Positions 9,211 to 19,432 of a stretch of 56,423 nucleotides of DNA are shown one piece after another. Under the pieces are notes generated by a model that did no database searches, was not told the origin of the DNA, and worked only from the letters and a program-made list of their open reading frames with translations. This DNA comes from a virus (lineage: Duplodnaviria > Caudoviricetes): the IMG/VR virus record IMGVR_UViG_3300037199_000067, positions 1 through 56,423 of that record. The stretch is one strand, 5' to 3'. The first letter of the stretch is position 1. The number at the start of each line of letters is the position of its first letter. The position numbers were made by a program, and so were the translations under genes.

Positions 9211-9525
9211 ATGAGCGACACGGAATCCAAATCCAGACCGTCGATGGAGTTGAGCAACCACCTCCGGGTGACCCTTCCGATTGTTCTCTCCTTCATCGGA
9301 CTGGCCGCCATGGGCACCATGGAGTGGGCATCGCTCCGGGGTGACGTGTCCGACCTTAAAAAGAGCCAGTGGACGGTCACCGACCAGCTTCAGTGGACGC
9401 TGGAGTTCAAGTCCTCAAATCCCGGAATCGTTGTTCCAATACCTACAATTCGAGGCGTGCCATCCACGTTTGATGCACTGTCGAAGATCAACACTAATTC
9501 GGTAGCATCCACCTCGAGGCCGTGA
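9211..9525 (+). CDS. Single-TM membrane protein (lysis module candidate)
   Basis: LPIVLSFIGLAAMG hydrophobic helix followed by a short coiled coil. Confidence 0.6.
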   Translation: MSDTESKSRPSMELSNHLRVTLPIVLSFIGLAAMGTMEWASLRGDVSDLKKSQWTVTDQLQWTLEFKSSNPGIVVPIPTIRGVPSTFDALSKINTNSVASTSRP

Positions 9526-9857
9526 ACATCCTGATGTTAAAATCTTCCATGGTGTTAATCTTTGCGTTCTCAATTTTCGGTGCCATCGCCAATGAACTTT
9601 TGCCACCCAACAGTGGTCAGGTGATTCTCACAGAGTTGGGGCAGATTGTGATTGCCTGCATCAGTGGGTATTGTCTGGTCAAGGTCACCCAGTTGAAAAC
9701 CCACATCAACAGTCGGATGGACGAGCTGCTAAAATTGACTGGTGACATGGCGCGCGCCGAGGGCGTGATTCAGGGAGTCAAAAACGAGAAGGCCGATGCG
9801 GCCCTGATGGCCAAGGGTGCGGCCAAAGAAACAGATGGACATTCGTCCGCTAACTGA
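9522..9857 (+). CDS. Two-TM membrane protein, holin-like
   Basis: GTGA coupling; two hydrophobic segments and a charged C-terminus. Confidence 0.5.
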   Translation: MNILMLKSSMVLIFAFSIFGAIANELLPPNSGQVILTELGQIVIACISGYCLVKVTQLKTHINSRMDELLKLTGDMARAEGVIQGVKNEKADAALMAKGAAKETDGHSSAN

Positions 9858-9871
9858 TATAAGTTAAACCT

Positions 9872-10306
9872 ATGAAAAAGATGCTCACCATCGCAGGTCT
9901 GTTTCTTCTCGTCTCAACCTTGCTCGTCCAAGCGCAAGCGCCGGCAATTCTGACCATCACCAACGGCAGCAACATTGAGACGGTGAGCAATGGCGTCGTA
10001 ATCGCCACCACTCCGATTGTGACCCCTACCGCTGCGGCGTTCAGTGTTGCCAGCTCCCTTGGCATTCCTGACTGGGTGGTTTCATTGATACCGCTTAAGT
10101 ACATCCCATGGATTGCGCTTCTGCTGTGGCTTCTGCCTTACGCTGGACGCGCGTGGCACGCTTACCAGCAGGATGGTGGTGCGAAAGGCATTGCCGCCGC
10201 AGTCGCTTTCGGAACCAATGTCCCGGTCGCCCTCAAGGTTCAGTCAACTGGACAGCCAGTAGTCCCGACTGTTCCGGTCAATCCCGGAACTCCACCCAAG
10301 GTTTAA
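9872..10306 (+). CDS. Membrane/secreted hypothetical protein
   Basis: Signal peptide plus internal TM segment WIALLLWLLP. Confidence 0.65.
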   Translation: MKKMLTIAGLFLLVSTLLVQAQAPAILTITNGSNIETVSNGVVIATTPIVTPTAAAFSVASSLGIPDWVVSLIPLKYIPWIALLLWLLPYAGRAWHAYQQDGGAKGIAAAVAFGTNVPVALKVQSTGQPVVPTVPVNPGTPPKV

Positions 10307-10308
10307 TT

Positions 10309-10497
10309 ATGCTCACACTCGTCATCACCCTCATCGTCATCGGCGTATTGCTGTGGCTTCTGAACGCATACGTTCCCATGGACGCCAAAATCAAGACCAT
10401 CATCAACATCGTCGTGGTCATCTGCGTGGTCATCTGGCTACTGAACGCTTTCGGAGTCTGGGGCCACGCCCATGACGTGCCGGTGCCAAAATTATGA
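10309..10497 (+). CDS. Small two-TM membrane protein (Thivi_2564-like)
   Basis: MLTLVITLIVIGVLLWLLNAYVPMDAKIKTIINIVVVICVVIWLLNAFG. Confidence 0.75.
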   Translation: MLTLVITLIVIGVLLWLLNAYVPMDAKIKTIINIVVVICVVIWLLNAFGVWGHAHDVPVPKL

Positions 10498-10928
10498 ATA
10501 TAAAGTATTACATCATAGCAGCCTGCTTGACGGTTTTCATTGTGCCGACACTGGTCTTCATCGACGGCTGCGCCACCGTCAGCCCCACCTCCGACCCTAT
10601 CGTGGTCCACGCCGAGCAGGTTGAGGCATCCGCCGATGCCGCATTCCAACTCGTCGTCAGCGTGGACAATTCCGACAGGGGGTTCTGGCTCACCAACGCG
10701 CCGGCCTTCCACAATTTCGCTGAGTGGCTTCGGGCTCCAGTGCCGATTCCTGGGAACACGAACGAGCCGCGCGGTCTGGGTATGATTCTGCTGGTCGATA
10801 ACGCCAAACTGGCCTACGAGACCAACAGCGCGATGACCAACGTGCTGGCGACCACCTTGGCCGATTTGCAGACCGCATTGAATCAGGCGTCTGCGTGGTC
10901 CACCATCGTCCAAACCCCCACCCCGTAA
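10494..10928 (+). CDS. Lipoprotein (possible spanin-type)
   Basis: Hydrophobic signal ending in lipobox-like FIDGC. Confidence 0.6.
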   Translation: MNIKYYIIAACLTVFIVPTLVFIDGCATVSPTSDPIVVHAEQVEASADAAFQLVVSVDNSDRGFWLTNAPAFHNFAEWLRAPVPIPGNTNEPRGLGMILLVDNAKLAYETNSAMTNVLATTLADLQTALNQASAWSTIVQTPTP

Positions 10929-10932
10929 TTTT

Positions 10933-11184
10933 ATGGCATCAATTCTCGCCTTGCTCCCCCAGCTCATCGCTCTGATTCCCGTAATCAGCACCGGCGTCGG
11001 TGAGCTGATTGCGTTCATTTCGACCATCCGCACCGCCGCCCAGCAGAGTGCCCAGTGGACTCCTGAGCTTGAGGCCGCTTTCATCAATGCAGTTCTGGCC
11101 AAGGGAAGCACGGACGCATGGAAGACTGACGCGCAGGTGGCAGCGGCCAAGGCTGCGGCGCCCCCGGTCACGCCGGCCCCGTAA
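10933..11184 (+). CDS. Hydrophobic hypothetical protein (83 aa)
   Basis: TTTATG start; operon packing. Confidence 0.65.
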   Translation: MASILALLPQLIALIPVISTGVGELIAFISTIRTAAQQSAQWTPELEAAFINAVLAKGSTDAWKTDAQVAAAKAAAPPVTPAP

Positions 11185-11274
11185 TGGGTAGAATTCCCCA
11201 TTGAATTTTCAACGCCTTGGAGTACCGTCATGGGAACGTAGCGGCTGGCTTTGTCAGACTCGCTCCAACACACA

Positions 11275-11874
11275 ATGAACGAACACGAACTCTTACGCGC
11301 AATCCACCGATTGCTGGAGGAGAACAACAAAAAACTGGATAAAATTATGAGCGTACTATCTGACCTGCAAGCCGCCGTAGCGGCACTTCAAACCGCCGTC
11401 GCCACCGAAAGTTCAGCCGTATTGGCTGCCATCGCCGACATCAACAGCCTTCCCGCATCTGACGCGCAACTGGTGCCTTTGACCACTGCGATCACCGCTG
11501 CGGTAACCGCCATCAACGCAAACGCTGCGAGCCTGACCGCCGCCGTCGGCGCCGTAACTGGCCCGCCCGTGGTCTCTCCGGCGATTGCTGCAATCCCCGC
11601 TGTGACCATTTCGCTGGCCGCAGCTCCGGGACTGGCAACCGTGCCGCTGTCCGGCATCACCTCCACCGCCCCGAGCCCGAGCATTTCCGTGGTCGCTGTT
11701 GCGAGCGACAATGGGGCCGTCATCTCGGCCCCGGCTGTGGTTTACACCAGCCCCTCCGCCACTGGTTCTTTGACGTTCACTCCTGTGGCCGTTGGAACCT
11801 CGACGGTGACGGTGACTGTGAGCGATGGTGTTGGCTCGGCCACCCAGACGTTCGTGGTCACGGTGACTGCGTAA
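11275..11874 (+). CDS. Ala-rich coiled-coil protein with C-terminal Ig/cadherin-like domain
   Basis: C-terminus GSLTFTPVAVGTSTVTVTVSDGVGSATQTFVVTVT; TTGAAT-16-TACCGT promoter-like site upstream. Confidence 0.7.
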   Translation: MNEHELLRAIHRLLEENNKKLDKIMSVLSDLQAAVAALQTAVATESSAVLAAIADINSLPASDAQLVPLTTAITAAVTAINANAASLTAAVGAVTGPPVVSPAIAAIPAVTISLAAAPGLATVPLSGITSTAPSPSISVVAVASDNGAVISAPAVVYTSPSATGSLTFTPVAVGTSTVTVTVSDGVGSATQTFVVTVTA

Positions 11875-11892
11875 GTTTTAGGTGTTCAAATC

Positions 11893-11923
11893 AGCCCGGC
11901 ATCAGAGATGGTGCCGGGTTTTT
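11893..11923 (+). terminator. Intrinsic terminator between convergent genes
   Basis: CCCGGCATC-AGAGAT-GGTGCCGGG followed by TTTTT. Confidence 0.75.
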
Positions 11924-13747
11924 CTATGCGTGGGTGAGGTCGCCGGATTTCCACAAATTCCGGCTGCGCTCCTCAAGCTCCCGTTTCCAATCCTGCTTCG
12001 CCTTGGATTCCTTCTTGTTGACCATGCTGTCGATGACGAAGCCCAGCCGCTGCGCGCCAAGGCAGCCGATGGCCACGGCGTCAGCCAGGTCGGGTGAGCG
12101 GCCAATCTTCTCTTTCATCTTCCACTTGGGCTCAACCTCGATGCGGTTGGCTCCCACGGTGGTCCACTCGCGCGCGCAGAACTCGCGCATCACGGCGTCG
12201 GTCAGACCCCGAAACTGGCCGGCCTCGACGATGAGCCGGACGCTGAACCAGACCTCGGTGATGAACTTCGAGTAGTATTTGTTGCAGGGCACCTGAATCT
12301 GAGCCGACACCATGCGCTCGGTGGGATTGCCACCGCAGTCGATGGGATTGCAGCGCGGCGACCACAGGCGGGCGAAGGCACTGACCAGCGTGGTCCGCAT
12401 CCCCGAGTCGTAGAAGAAGTTCTCTGGCGGGATTCCGCGCGTGGTGCACTGGGACTGCACGAAGCTGACAATCTGCTCCTCCGGCTCGCCACCTTGCAGG
12501 ACATTGATGGGCACCACGGCGGTATCCACGAGTGCCAGAATCTGGCGCTGCTGCTTCCCTGGCGGTGCCTGTGAAATGAGGTTTCCAATGATCTCGCCGC
12601 CGTCCAGCGTCTTGGACTCCAACCCGAACTGAATCTCGCCAAAGATGCAGCGGTCGCCGCCCGCGCCACGGTAGGCCGCGTCCAGGAACGCCACGCGCGT
12701 CCGCAGGCTGTTGAGCCACATCGGATGCTCCATGGCCCCGCCCTTGCGGCAGAGCTGTGAGGTGAGCACGCGCCGGCTGCCTTGCCCGCGCGGCATCATG
12801 CCCTGGTTCATCATCGTGAACTGGAGGCTGTCCCGACCGTACTGCTCAATGTCGCGGTTGATGGCCTCCTGGGTGATGAGCGGGATACCCAGCTTGCCGT
12901 CCAGATTGGGCGAGTCGGTGCCCACAAGCTGGATGCAGACGCCATTCGTGCGCCGCGTGGGCCACGTCTTGGTCTTGGGGGTCTGGTCAATGCCTCCATC
13001 CCATCCGCCAAGCTCGAAGGATGGCTCGCACAGGATGCCCAGCGCGTCCGTGGTCTCCTTGGGATTACCAAGCCCCACCAGTTTGAAGTCCTCGTTCTTG
13101 TCGAGGTTGGAGATGGCCATGAGCACCGCCGGCGGCAGCATCTGCAACTCGTCAAATACGCAGCGGATACGCTTGTTCTTGATGCCGATGAACTCAGAGA
13201 TGCCCTTGAAGTCGCCGCCGCTCAAGCACGGGACTCCAACAATCCCATTGCGAAAATCACGGCCATCCTTGGCGTCATCTTTACCTTCGGTGACAATCCT
13301 CATCCGACCGTCAATGGCGTGGCCCGGAAGGTACGGGTGTCGCAGGCGCGCCAGCCGGTGGTACTTCTTGATTTCACCAAAGATGCGGTCCTGCATACGC
13401 TCCTTAGTGGTCGAGCAGACCAGTACGGTGGTGCATTCCGGGAAGCAGTAGTAATCCGCGAGAACGTCAGTAGCCGAACTGCAAGTTTTTCCGGTGCTGG
13501 CGGGACCCATCACGCCGATGGTTCGATGGGTCAGATACATCTCCAATTGAAGCTCGTTCCATTTATGCCAGAGCTTCTCAGTGGGCCACAGCAGTTCCTC
13601 CAGCCGACGGAAGTGCCAGAGCATTCCATTGCCAATGGCCTGTCCCTGCTTGCCGAGGCAACCCCGGCGAATCATGGAAATCTCGATTTGGACGTTGGTT
13701 ATGCCCCCCGGCCAACGAAGGCCATACTTTTCTTGTTGAATCGGCAC
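11924..13747 (-). CDS. terL: Terminase large subunit
   Basis: Walker A GPASTGKT, Walker B CVFDE, motif III GLGNP, nuclease motifs FLDAA..GGD and GRSPDLADA. Confidence 0.85.
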   Translation of the reverse strand: MPIQQEKYGLRWPGGITNVQIEISMIRRGCLGKQGQAIGNGMLWHFRRLEELLWPTEKLWHKWNELQLEMYLTHRTIGVMGPASTGKTCSSATDVLADYYCFPECTTVLVCSTTKERMQDRIFGEIKKYHRLARLRHPYLPGHAIDGRMRIVTEGKDDAKDGRDFRNGIVGVPCLSGGDFKGISEFIGIKNKRIRCVFDELQMLPPAVLMAISNLDKNEDFKLVGLGNPKETTDALGILCEPSFELGGWDGGIDQTPKTKTWPTRRTNGVCIQLVGTDSPNLDGKLGIPLITQEAINRDIEQYGRDSLQFTMMNQGMMPRGQGSRRVLTSQLCRKGGAMEHPMWLNSLRTRVAFLDAAYRGAGGDRCIFGEIQFGLESKTLDGGEIIGNLISQAPPGKQQRQILALVDTAVVPINVLQGGEPEEQIVSFVQSQCTTRGIPPENFFYDSGMRTTLVSAFARLWSPRCNPIDCGGNPTERMVSAQIQVPCNKYYSKFITEVWFSVRLIVEAGQFRGLTDAVMREFCAREWTTVGANRIEVEPKWKMKEKIGRSPDLADAVAIGCLGAQRLGFVIDSMVNKKESKAKQDWKRELEERSRNLWKSGDLTHA

Positions 13748-13797
13748 TGTAAGGTTTTAGTTGTTTTTTCCTTACGCGAGCATACAGTAACTCCAGC

Positions 13798-15144
13798 ATG
13801 AGTACCATAGGTGATTGTTCTTGCGAATGCGCCACTCCGGCTCCCGTCAACATTCCTGGACCGTCTGGTGGTCCAGGGCAAGCCGCCCTATCCATCACCA
13901 CTGCGCCGTTCGTGATCGCCACACCAAGTGCCATCACGCTGAACGTGGACAACTGCCAGTGGATGAAGGCGGGAATTTATATTCTCATCAGCGATGGCAC
14001 CAATGACGCGCTGTGTCAGGTTCAGAACACCCCGGTTTTCCCATTCACCCAAGTCAGTGTGCTTGTGATTCCTCAAGACAGTTCAGCCATTGGCAATACC
14101 ATTAACACTGGTGCTGTTGTCATCCCAGGTGCGCTTAACGGCAGCAATGGATGGACCACACTGACGCAGGCCCTGACCATACCGAACCTGTCCAGTCCAA
14201 ACGTAAACATTAACGTAGGAGACGCGAACTGGGCGGCGGCTGGCCAAATCATCATTGTAGCTGACAGCTCTGGAACTGGAAACTTTGGTCACTTTCAGGT
14301 CACAAGCGCCGTTGGAACCATGATATCCGCAAACTTCCTGAACCTGATTGGAGACGCTGTTCCAGGAACAGTTCTGCCTATTTCGGCCAAAGTTTCACCG
14401 AGTGGAAACGATGGTATCGGTGCGTATGGAACCACCACTGCAAACTTCGTGCTGCCAGCGGCAAATGGCAGTGTGACGGCCACGGTAAAGTCTTCGGCCA
14501 TGTTTGTCGTGGGAGAGTACGTTCTGGCCAGCGACGGCACCAACATCGGTAATCTCAAGGTCACAGCGGTATCATCGCCAACCACTGTTACAATGACATG
14601 GTTGGACCTCACTGGAGATTCAGTAACTGGCACCACCATCCTTTCGGGAGCGAAGATTATTCCAGTTGGCCAGCCGGCAGCAACGGTCAACGCGGTCGTA
14701 TCCGATGCTGCTGGGTACACCACCACAGGAATTGTAACTGGAGCCAACTTCGGACCCGCCGGCGGTTGGAACATACCAGCCGGAACACTGGTTAATCCGG
14801 GCGACTCCATTTCGATTGAGGTCTGGATTCTGTGCGCGGTCAATGCCGGCAATAAAACCTACGTCCTGAACTTTGGAGGGACTCCGATATTCACATTTGG
14901 ACCCGCCGGAGTGACGGTGAATACGGTCTTCAAAATCGCCGCCACGATTGCGCTCAAGACCATCAGCCCTTACGCCCAGTTGGCTCTGGTCACCAACATC
15001 GAGGCTACTGTCACCACGTCAACCCAAGTTTCCACCGCCGTAAACACCAGTGTGGCCACGTCGCTGACCATGACCATCAGCCAGACCGCAGGTACGGACA
15101 GCTCGACCCTCCTTTACATCCGAGCCACAGCAACCCCGGTTTAA
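13798..15144 (+). CDS. Tail fibre/spike-like structural protein with three tandem beta-rich repeats
   Basis: Repeat TT..F..P....V...V....W...G..I...DG......V......GD...GT.I..GA.V.P; Thr/Gly/Val-rich. Confidence 0.6.
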   Translation: MSTIGDCSCECATPAPVNIPGPSGGPGQAALSITTAPFVIATPSAITLNVDNCQWMKAGIYILISDGTNDALCQVQNTPVFPFTQVSVLVIPQDSSAIGNTINTGAVVIPGALNGSNGWTTLTQALTIPNLSSPNVNINVGDANWAAAGQIIIVADSSGTGNFGHFQVTSAVGTMISANFLNLIGDAVPGTVLPISAKVSPSGNDGIGAYGTTTANFVLPAANGSVTATVKSSAMFVVGEYVLASDGTNIGNLKVTAVSSPTTVTMTWLDLTGDSVTGTTILSGAKIIPVGQPAATVNAVVSDAAGYTTTGIVTGANFGPAGGWNIPAGTLVNPGDSISIEVWILCAVNAGNKTYVLNFGGTPIFTFGPAGVTVNTVFKIAATIALKTISPYAQLALVTNIEATVTTSTQVSTAVNTSVATSLTMTISQTAGTDSSTLLYIRATATPV

Positions 15145-15151
15145 TTTCGAT

Positions 15152-17890
15152 ATGGCCGCATCCGAGCCAACGTACATCTACGATGCGGTTCTCTCCTTTG
15201 AGGGTGGCGTGGACAGCGGCAAGGCTCCCCTGTTGCTGGCCAAGAACCAGCTCGCCTGGGCCATCAACTGCACGGTGCGCGGTGACTTCGTTACCAACCG
15301 ATCATCCTATCGGAAAATCAATCTTTCCGGCGCTCCCATTCCAGCCGGATTGTTTCAGGAGGCCGCCTACTATCAGCCTGACACGCTACCAGAGCGTATG
15401 TTCGCGGCGATTGGAGGACAGTTCATACAGTTCGTTCCGGACCAGTTTGGCAACGCAGTGGCTTCAAACCTCACTGGAACCACCGGAGGTCAACTGGCCA
15501 GCTCACCGCAGGAGTGGATGTGGCAGGCGGAGAACTTCCTCATCTGGAACGATGGAGCAAACCTGCCACTGTTTTACGACGGAGCCATGATTCGACGGTC
15601 GCTGGGTAATTCGTACCAGACCTACGCCATCATCCCTAACACCGCCCCGATTGCCGCACCGGCGATTGGCTCCTCCATCGTGCTTCCACTATCAGGACCA
15701 CCATCCTCCGTCTTCGGACAGACCGTGCTGCTTAACGGCGCGTACTACACCGTGAGCGCATTCAATTCTGGGAGCAGTCTGGCTAATGGTAACGCGCTGC
15801 TTACACCGCTATTCGACACTGCTGGGGATGTTCACACGACCGGGTCTCAGATAAATTCCATACCCTCACAGTTGGCGGTTGGCCTTGGGTATGGACAGTT
15901 GGACCCAGCTACCATCAGCGTGACAGTGGATTACATCAACAACATCACCCAAGGGATGCTGATTTACCTGCCGGGACAAACCCAGCAGTATGTTGTTGAG
16001 CTCATCACCGGAGCTAACTCTTTTTTTATTCGCGCCCCCAATTTCGGCAACATCACCATCGTAAACGCTGTCCCTAATGGAATCATCACCAACGGACAAC
16101 CCACCCGCAGCACGATTGTGGGGACGCTCTCTGCTCCGTTCACAGCTCCGGCAGTTGGTAGCAACGTCGCGGCCACCCTGGTCAGTAATTACACCGGGAC
16201 ACCCGGTGCTGACGTGTGGATTGGTGGCAGTCACTACATCATCTTCCCAGCCAACACGCCCAATGCGGTCACACTGACCAATGTGGATGATGTCACGGCT
16301 GGCAATGTAACCACGGTCACCATCACCGGCTCCGGCACGATCACACTTCCGGCTCTCAAGGGTGAGCTGGCAACCACCACCAACGGCTCCGAGTTGATTC
16401 CCGTGCAGTCCACAGCCAACCTGATTGTGGGCCAGCAGATTCGGATAAGCGACGGCACGCATGTGGGCACGTTCTCGATTGCCGCCATTGTGGACTCGGC
16501 CACATTGCAACTGACCTGGCAGCAGGCCGTCGGGGACTCGGTGACGGGAACGGTCATCGCTGCTGCCTCTCCGATTGTGTTCACCGGGCTTATCAATGGC
16601 CTGACCATCCAGTCGTTGCCAGAGTTGCCGGCGGGGCGCATGGGCACCTACGGACTGGGAAGGATTTGGCAATCCGGCACTGATGGCATCACCTACATGG
16701 GCGGAGACATCGTGGGTTACAGCTCTGGAAGCGCGGCGTACAATTTCCGTGACGCAGTGCTCAAGATGACCGCCAACAACACTCTGCTCACCGGATTCTT
16801 CCGGGTGCCGGGCGGGGCGGGACAGATCACGGGCATGATTTTCCCAGCCCAACTGGACACCAGCCTGGGCCAGGGGGCGCTCCAGATTTTCAGCCAGCGA
16901 GACATCTTCTCCTGTAACGCTCCCATTGACGCGACTGCCTGGCAAACCACCACCAACCCGCTGGTCACTGAATCCCTGAAGGGTGAAGGCGCGGGCAGTC
17001 ACTGGTCCATCGTGCTGTCCAACGCGGACATCTTCTTCCGCTCTTCAGATGCCCAGATTCGCTCACTGCTGCTGGCCCGGCTCGACTTCAACAAGTGGGG
17101 CGACACACCCATCAGCTACGAGGTCAGCCGCACCATTAACAACGAGAACTTGAGCCTGGTTAATTTCATGAGCGGCGCGGTGTTCGACAACCGGATGCTG
17201 GAAAGCGCCACGCCAACGCAGGGCACGCTCGGGGTGTACCACAAGGAAATCATCGCGCTAAACTTCGACACCATCAGCTCCATCGCCCAGAAGTCGCCGG
17301 CGGTTTATGACGGAGTGTGGCACGGCCTCAACACGCTCAAGCTGGTCACCGGGTTCTTCTCCGGGGTGCAGCGCACGTTCGCCTTCTGCCTGAACACCAC
17401 CAGCAGCCAGATTGAGCTGTGGGAAATCATGACCACGGCCAATTCGACCGGGTACGATAACGGCACCACGCCCATCACAATGCAGTTTGAGACGCCTATT
17501 TTCTTTGACAGCGTGAAGGGCAAAAGCCCGTTCGACCTGTGCCGGCTGACTGACGGTGAGATGTACGCCGATTCCATGCAGGGCATCGTAAACTTCAAGG
17601 TGGAGTACCGGCCTGACTACGACCAGAACTGGCACTTGTGGAATTCATGGTCGATCAATGCAGGCGCAACGCCCACCTACCGCACGCGCATGGGATTTGG
17701 AATTCCCGCCGTGGATGGCAACACCGCCATGCAGCGGCCATCGAAGGATGCGTACTTTTTCCAGTTGCGGGTCACCATCTCTGGACCATGCGTGGTGCGC
17801 GGAATCCGGCTTAAAGCCAGCATCCTGCCGTCGCCCGACATCGCGCCACTGATTCAGGTGCCCGCCAGCCCGGTTCCAGTCACCCCGTAA
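15152..17890 (+). CDS. Podovirus tail nozzle / DNA-stabilisation protein (T7 gp12 / P22 gp10-like) with inserted repeats
   Basis: N-terminal SFEGGVDS...P.LL..NQL..AIN; beta-propeller-like body; C-terminal FFQLRVTISG; position before internal virion genes. Confidence 0.6.
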   Translation: MAASEPTYIYDAVLSFEGGVDSGKAPLLLAKNQLAWAINCTVRGDFVTNRSSYRKINLSGAPIPAGLFQEAAYYQPDTLPERMFAAIGGQFIQFVPDQFGNAVASNLTGTTGGQLASSPQEWMWQAENFLIWNDGANLPLFYDGAMIRRSLGNSYQTYAIIPNTAPIAAPAIGSSIVLPLSGPPSSVFGQTVLLNGAYYTVSAFNSGSSLANGNALLTPLFDTAGDVHTTGSQINSIPSQLAVGLGYGQLDPATISVTVDYINNITQGMLIYLPGQTQQYVVELITGANSFFIRAPNFGNITIVNAVPNGIITNGQPTRSTIVGTLSAPFTAPAVGSNVAATLVSNYTGTPGADVWIGGSHYIIFPANTPNAVTLTNVDDVTAGNVTTVTITGSGTITLPALKGELATTTNGSELIPVQSTANLIVGQQIRISDGTHVGTFSIAAIVDSATLQLTWQQAVGDSVTGTVIAAASPIVFTGLINGLTIQSLPELPAGRMGTYGLGRIWQSGTDGITYMGGDIVGYSSGSAAYNFRDAVLKMTANNTLLTGFFRVPGGAGQITGMIFPAQLDTSLGQGALQIFSQRDIFSCNAPIDATAWQTTTNPLVTESLKGEGAGSHWSIVLSNADIFFRSSDAQIRSLLLARLDFNKWGDTPISYEVSRTINNENLSLVNFMSGAVFDNRMLESATPTQGTLGVYHKEIIALNFDTISSIAQKSPAVYDGVWHGLNTLKLVTGFFSGVQRTFAFCLNTTSSQIELWEIMTTANSTGYDNGTTPITMQFETPIFFDSVKGKSPFDLCRLTDGEMYADSMQGIVNFKVEYRPDYDQNWHLWNSWSINAGATPTYRTRMGFGIPAVDGNTAMQRPSKDAYFFQLRVTISGPCVVRGIRLKASILPSPDIAPLIQVPASPVPVTP

Positions 17891-17934
17891 AACAAGTTGA
17901 AATAATAGCCAAAGGGCATAACCTTGCTGTTGAT

Positions 17935-18963
17935 ATGCCGCTGCTCACGCTTGGTGAATGTAAAAGCTCACTGCCGATAACGACGGTGATTGGAGCATCG
18001 ACGAGTTCTCCTGATTTTGTTTCCCGAGTAAATGGAGCCGTCCGCCAGCTCATGCGGCGCGGAAGCTGGTGGGGCACGGTCCAGCCCATCGCCGGCTGCA
18101 TCTACGACGGCTGCCTGGTCTGGCCGCGCGCCGTGTCCGCCGTGCTGGCGATGAATGTGAACCACCGTCCGTTGACGCTGGCCAACCGCTGGTTCCAGTT
18201 CATGCCGTGGGACGGGATGGCTCAGAACCTCTACCGCAACTTCAAACACAAACTTCATCCATGGGTCTCCGATGCCGACGGCTCACTTCCGGTGTACCGG
18301 CAAATCCCCGGCGGGATGGCTCTTTGGATTCGGTTCTACGTTGATAACTTGGCCGACATTGGGAAGACTATCACAGTTTACGGACTGGACGAGAACAACC
18401 AGAACGTGCGAACCCGATGGCCTGACGGAACCACCCGTGACGGCGTGGTGATTTCCATTGGCAGTAACATTCAAGGCACGCTGACGCCGTACAGTCAGAC
18501 GCCATTCGCTTTTCAAAAAGTGACCCGCATCCTGAAGGATGTCACACTAGGCAACGTGCGGATGTACATGCTGGACTCCAATGGGATTCAGTCGGACATG
18601 GCCGTGTACCAGCCCCAGGAGACCAGCCCGGATTATCCGCGCAGCCGCATTCGTGGATTCAGACAGGGAGCGTGCGGGTTGCAGCAGGTTGAGGCGTTGG
18701 TGAAGCTGTCATTCATCCCGGTGGTCAATGACAGCGACGTGGTGCTCATCGAGAACATCGACGCGCTGGCCGACATGATTCAGTCCAAGATTTACGCTGA
18801 GGCGGGCAACACCGCTCAGGCCATGGCGTTCGAGCAGATGGCCTTCCGGGAACTCAACTACCAAATGCGCGAGCGGTTCCCGGACGAACAGTTCATTGTC
18901 AACTTCCGGCCATTCGGCAATGACGCCTTGAGTGGTGGTCGTGTAAACATTGGAATGATTTGA
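17935..18963 (+). CDS. Head-tail adaptor / tail tubular protein A-like
   Basis: N-terminal helix FVSRVNGAVRQL; C-terminal helical pair; position. Confidence 0.5.
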   Translation: MPLLTLGECKSSLPITTVIGASTSSPDFVSRVNGAVRQLMRRGSWWGTVQPIAGCIYDGCLVWPRAVSAVLAMNVNHRPLTLANRWFQFMPWDGMAQNLYRNFKHKLHPWVSDADGSLPVYRQIPGGMALWIRFYVDNLADIGKTITVYGLDENNQNVRTRWPDGTTRDGVVISIGSNIQGTLTPYSQTPFAFQKVTRILKDVTLGNVRMYMLDSNGIQSDMAVYQPQETSPDYPRSRIRGFRQGACGLQQVEALVKLSFIPVVNDSDVVLIENIDALADMIQSKIYAEAGNTAQAMAFEQMAFRELNYQMRERFPDEQFIVNFRPFGNDALSGGRVNIGMI

Positions 18964-18985
18964 AACCCTCAACCAACTAAAATTT

Positions 18986-19429
18986 GTGTCATCCCTCTTT
19001 GGCTCAAGACCCAACTACGCGCAGGTTCAATCGCCCTACCAGGAAGTGGCTGGCGTGTACAAGGGGCTGCCACAGCTCACGCAGGGCGCGGGCAATTACA
19101 CGGGTCAGTTGCTTTCAGGTGTGCTACCGTCTGATGTCTCTGAGGGAGTCAAAAACGAGAGCGCTGCATGGGGCCTGACCAGCGGTGCCGGCAATGCAGA
19201 AGGCGGCAACAGCCTCACCGGCAATTTCAGCCTGAAGGATTTGGGATTAACCTCACTTCAGGAGCAGCAGCAGGGATTTGGTGACTATCTCAATTTCCTG
19301 AGTGGAGTTGGGGCGCAGCAAATGACCCCTGAAGACCAGATAACGATTGCCGAAGGGGAGGCCCAGCCCAATCCAAACGCAACTGGGTACGCAAACCTCG
19401 CCGGAAACGTACTGGGCGCAATTCTTTGA
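18986..19429 (+). CDS. Putative internal virion/ejection protein
   Basis: GTG start; Gly/Gln-rich with hydrophobic C-terminus. Confidence 0.5.
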   Translation: MSSLFGSRPNYAQVQSPYQEVAGVYKGLPQLTQGAGNYTGQLLSGVLPSDVSEGVKNESAAWGLTSGAGNAEGGNSLTGNFSLKDLGLTSLQEQQQGFGDYLNFLSGVGAQQMTPEDQITIAEGEAQPNPNATGYANLAGNVLGAIL

Positions 19430-19432
19430 TTT

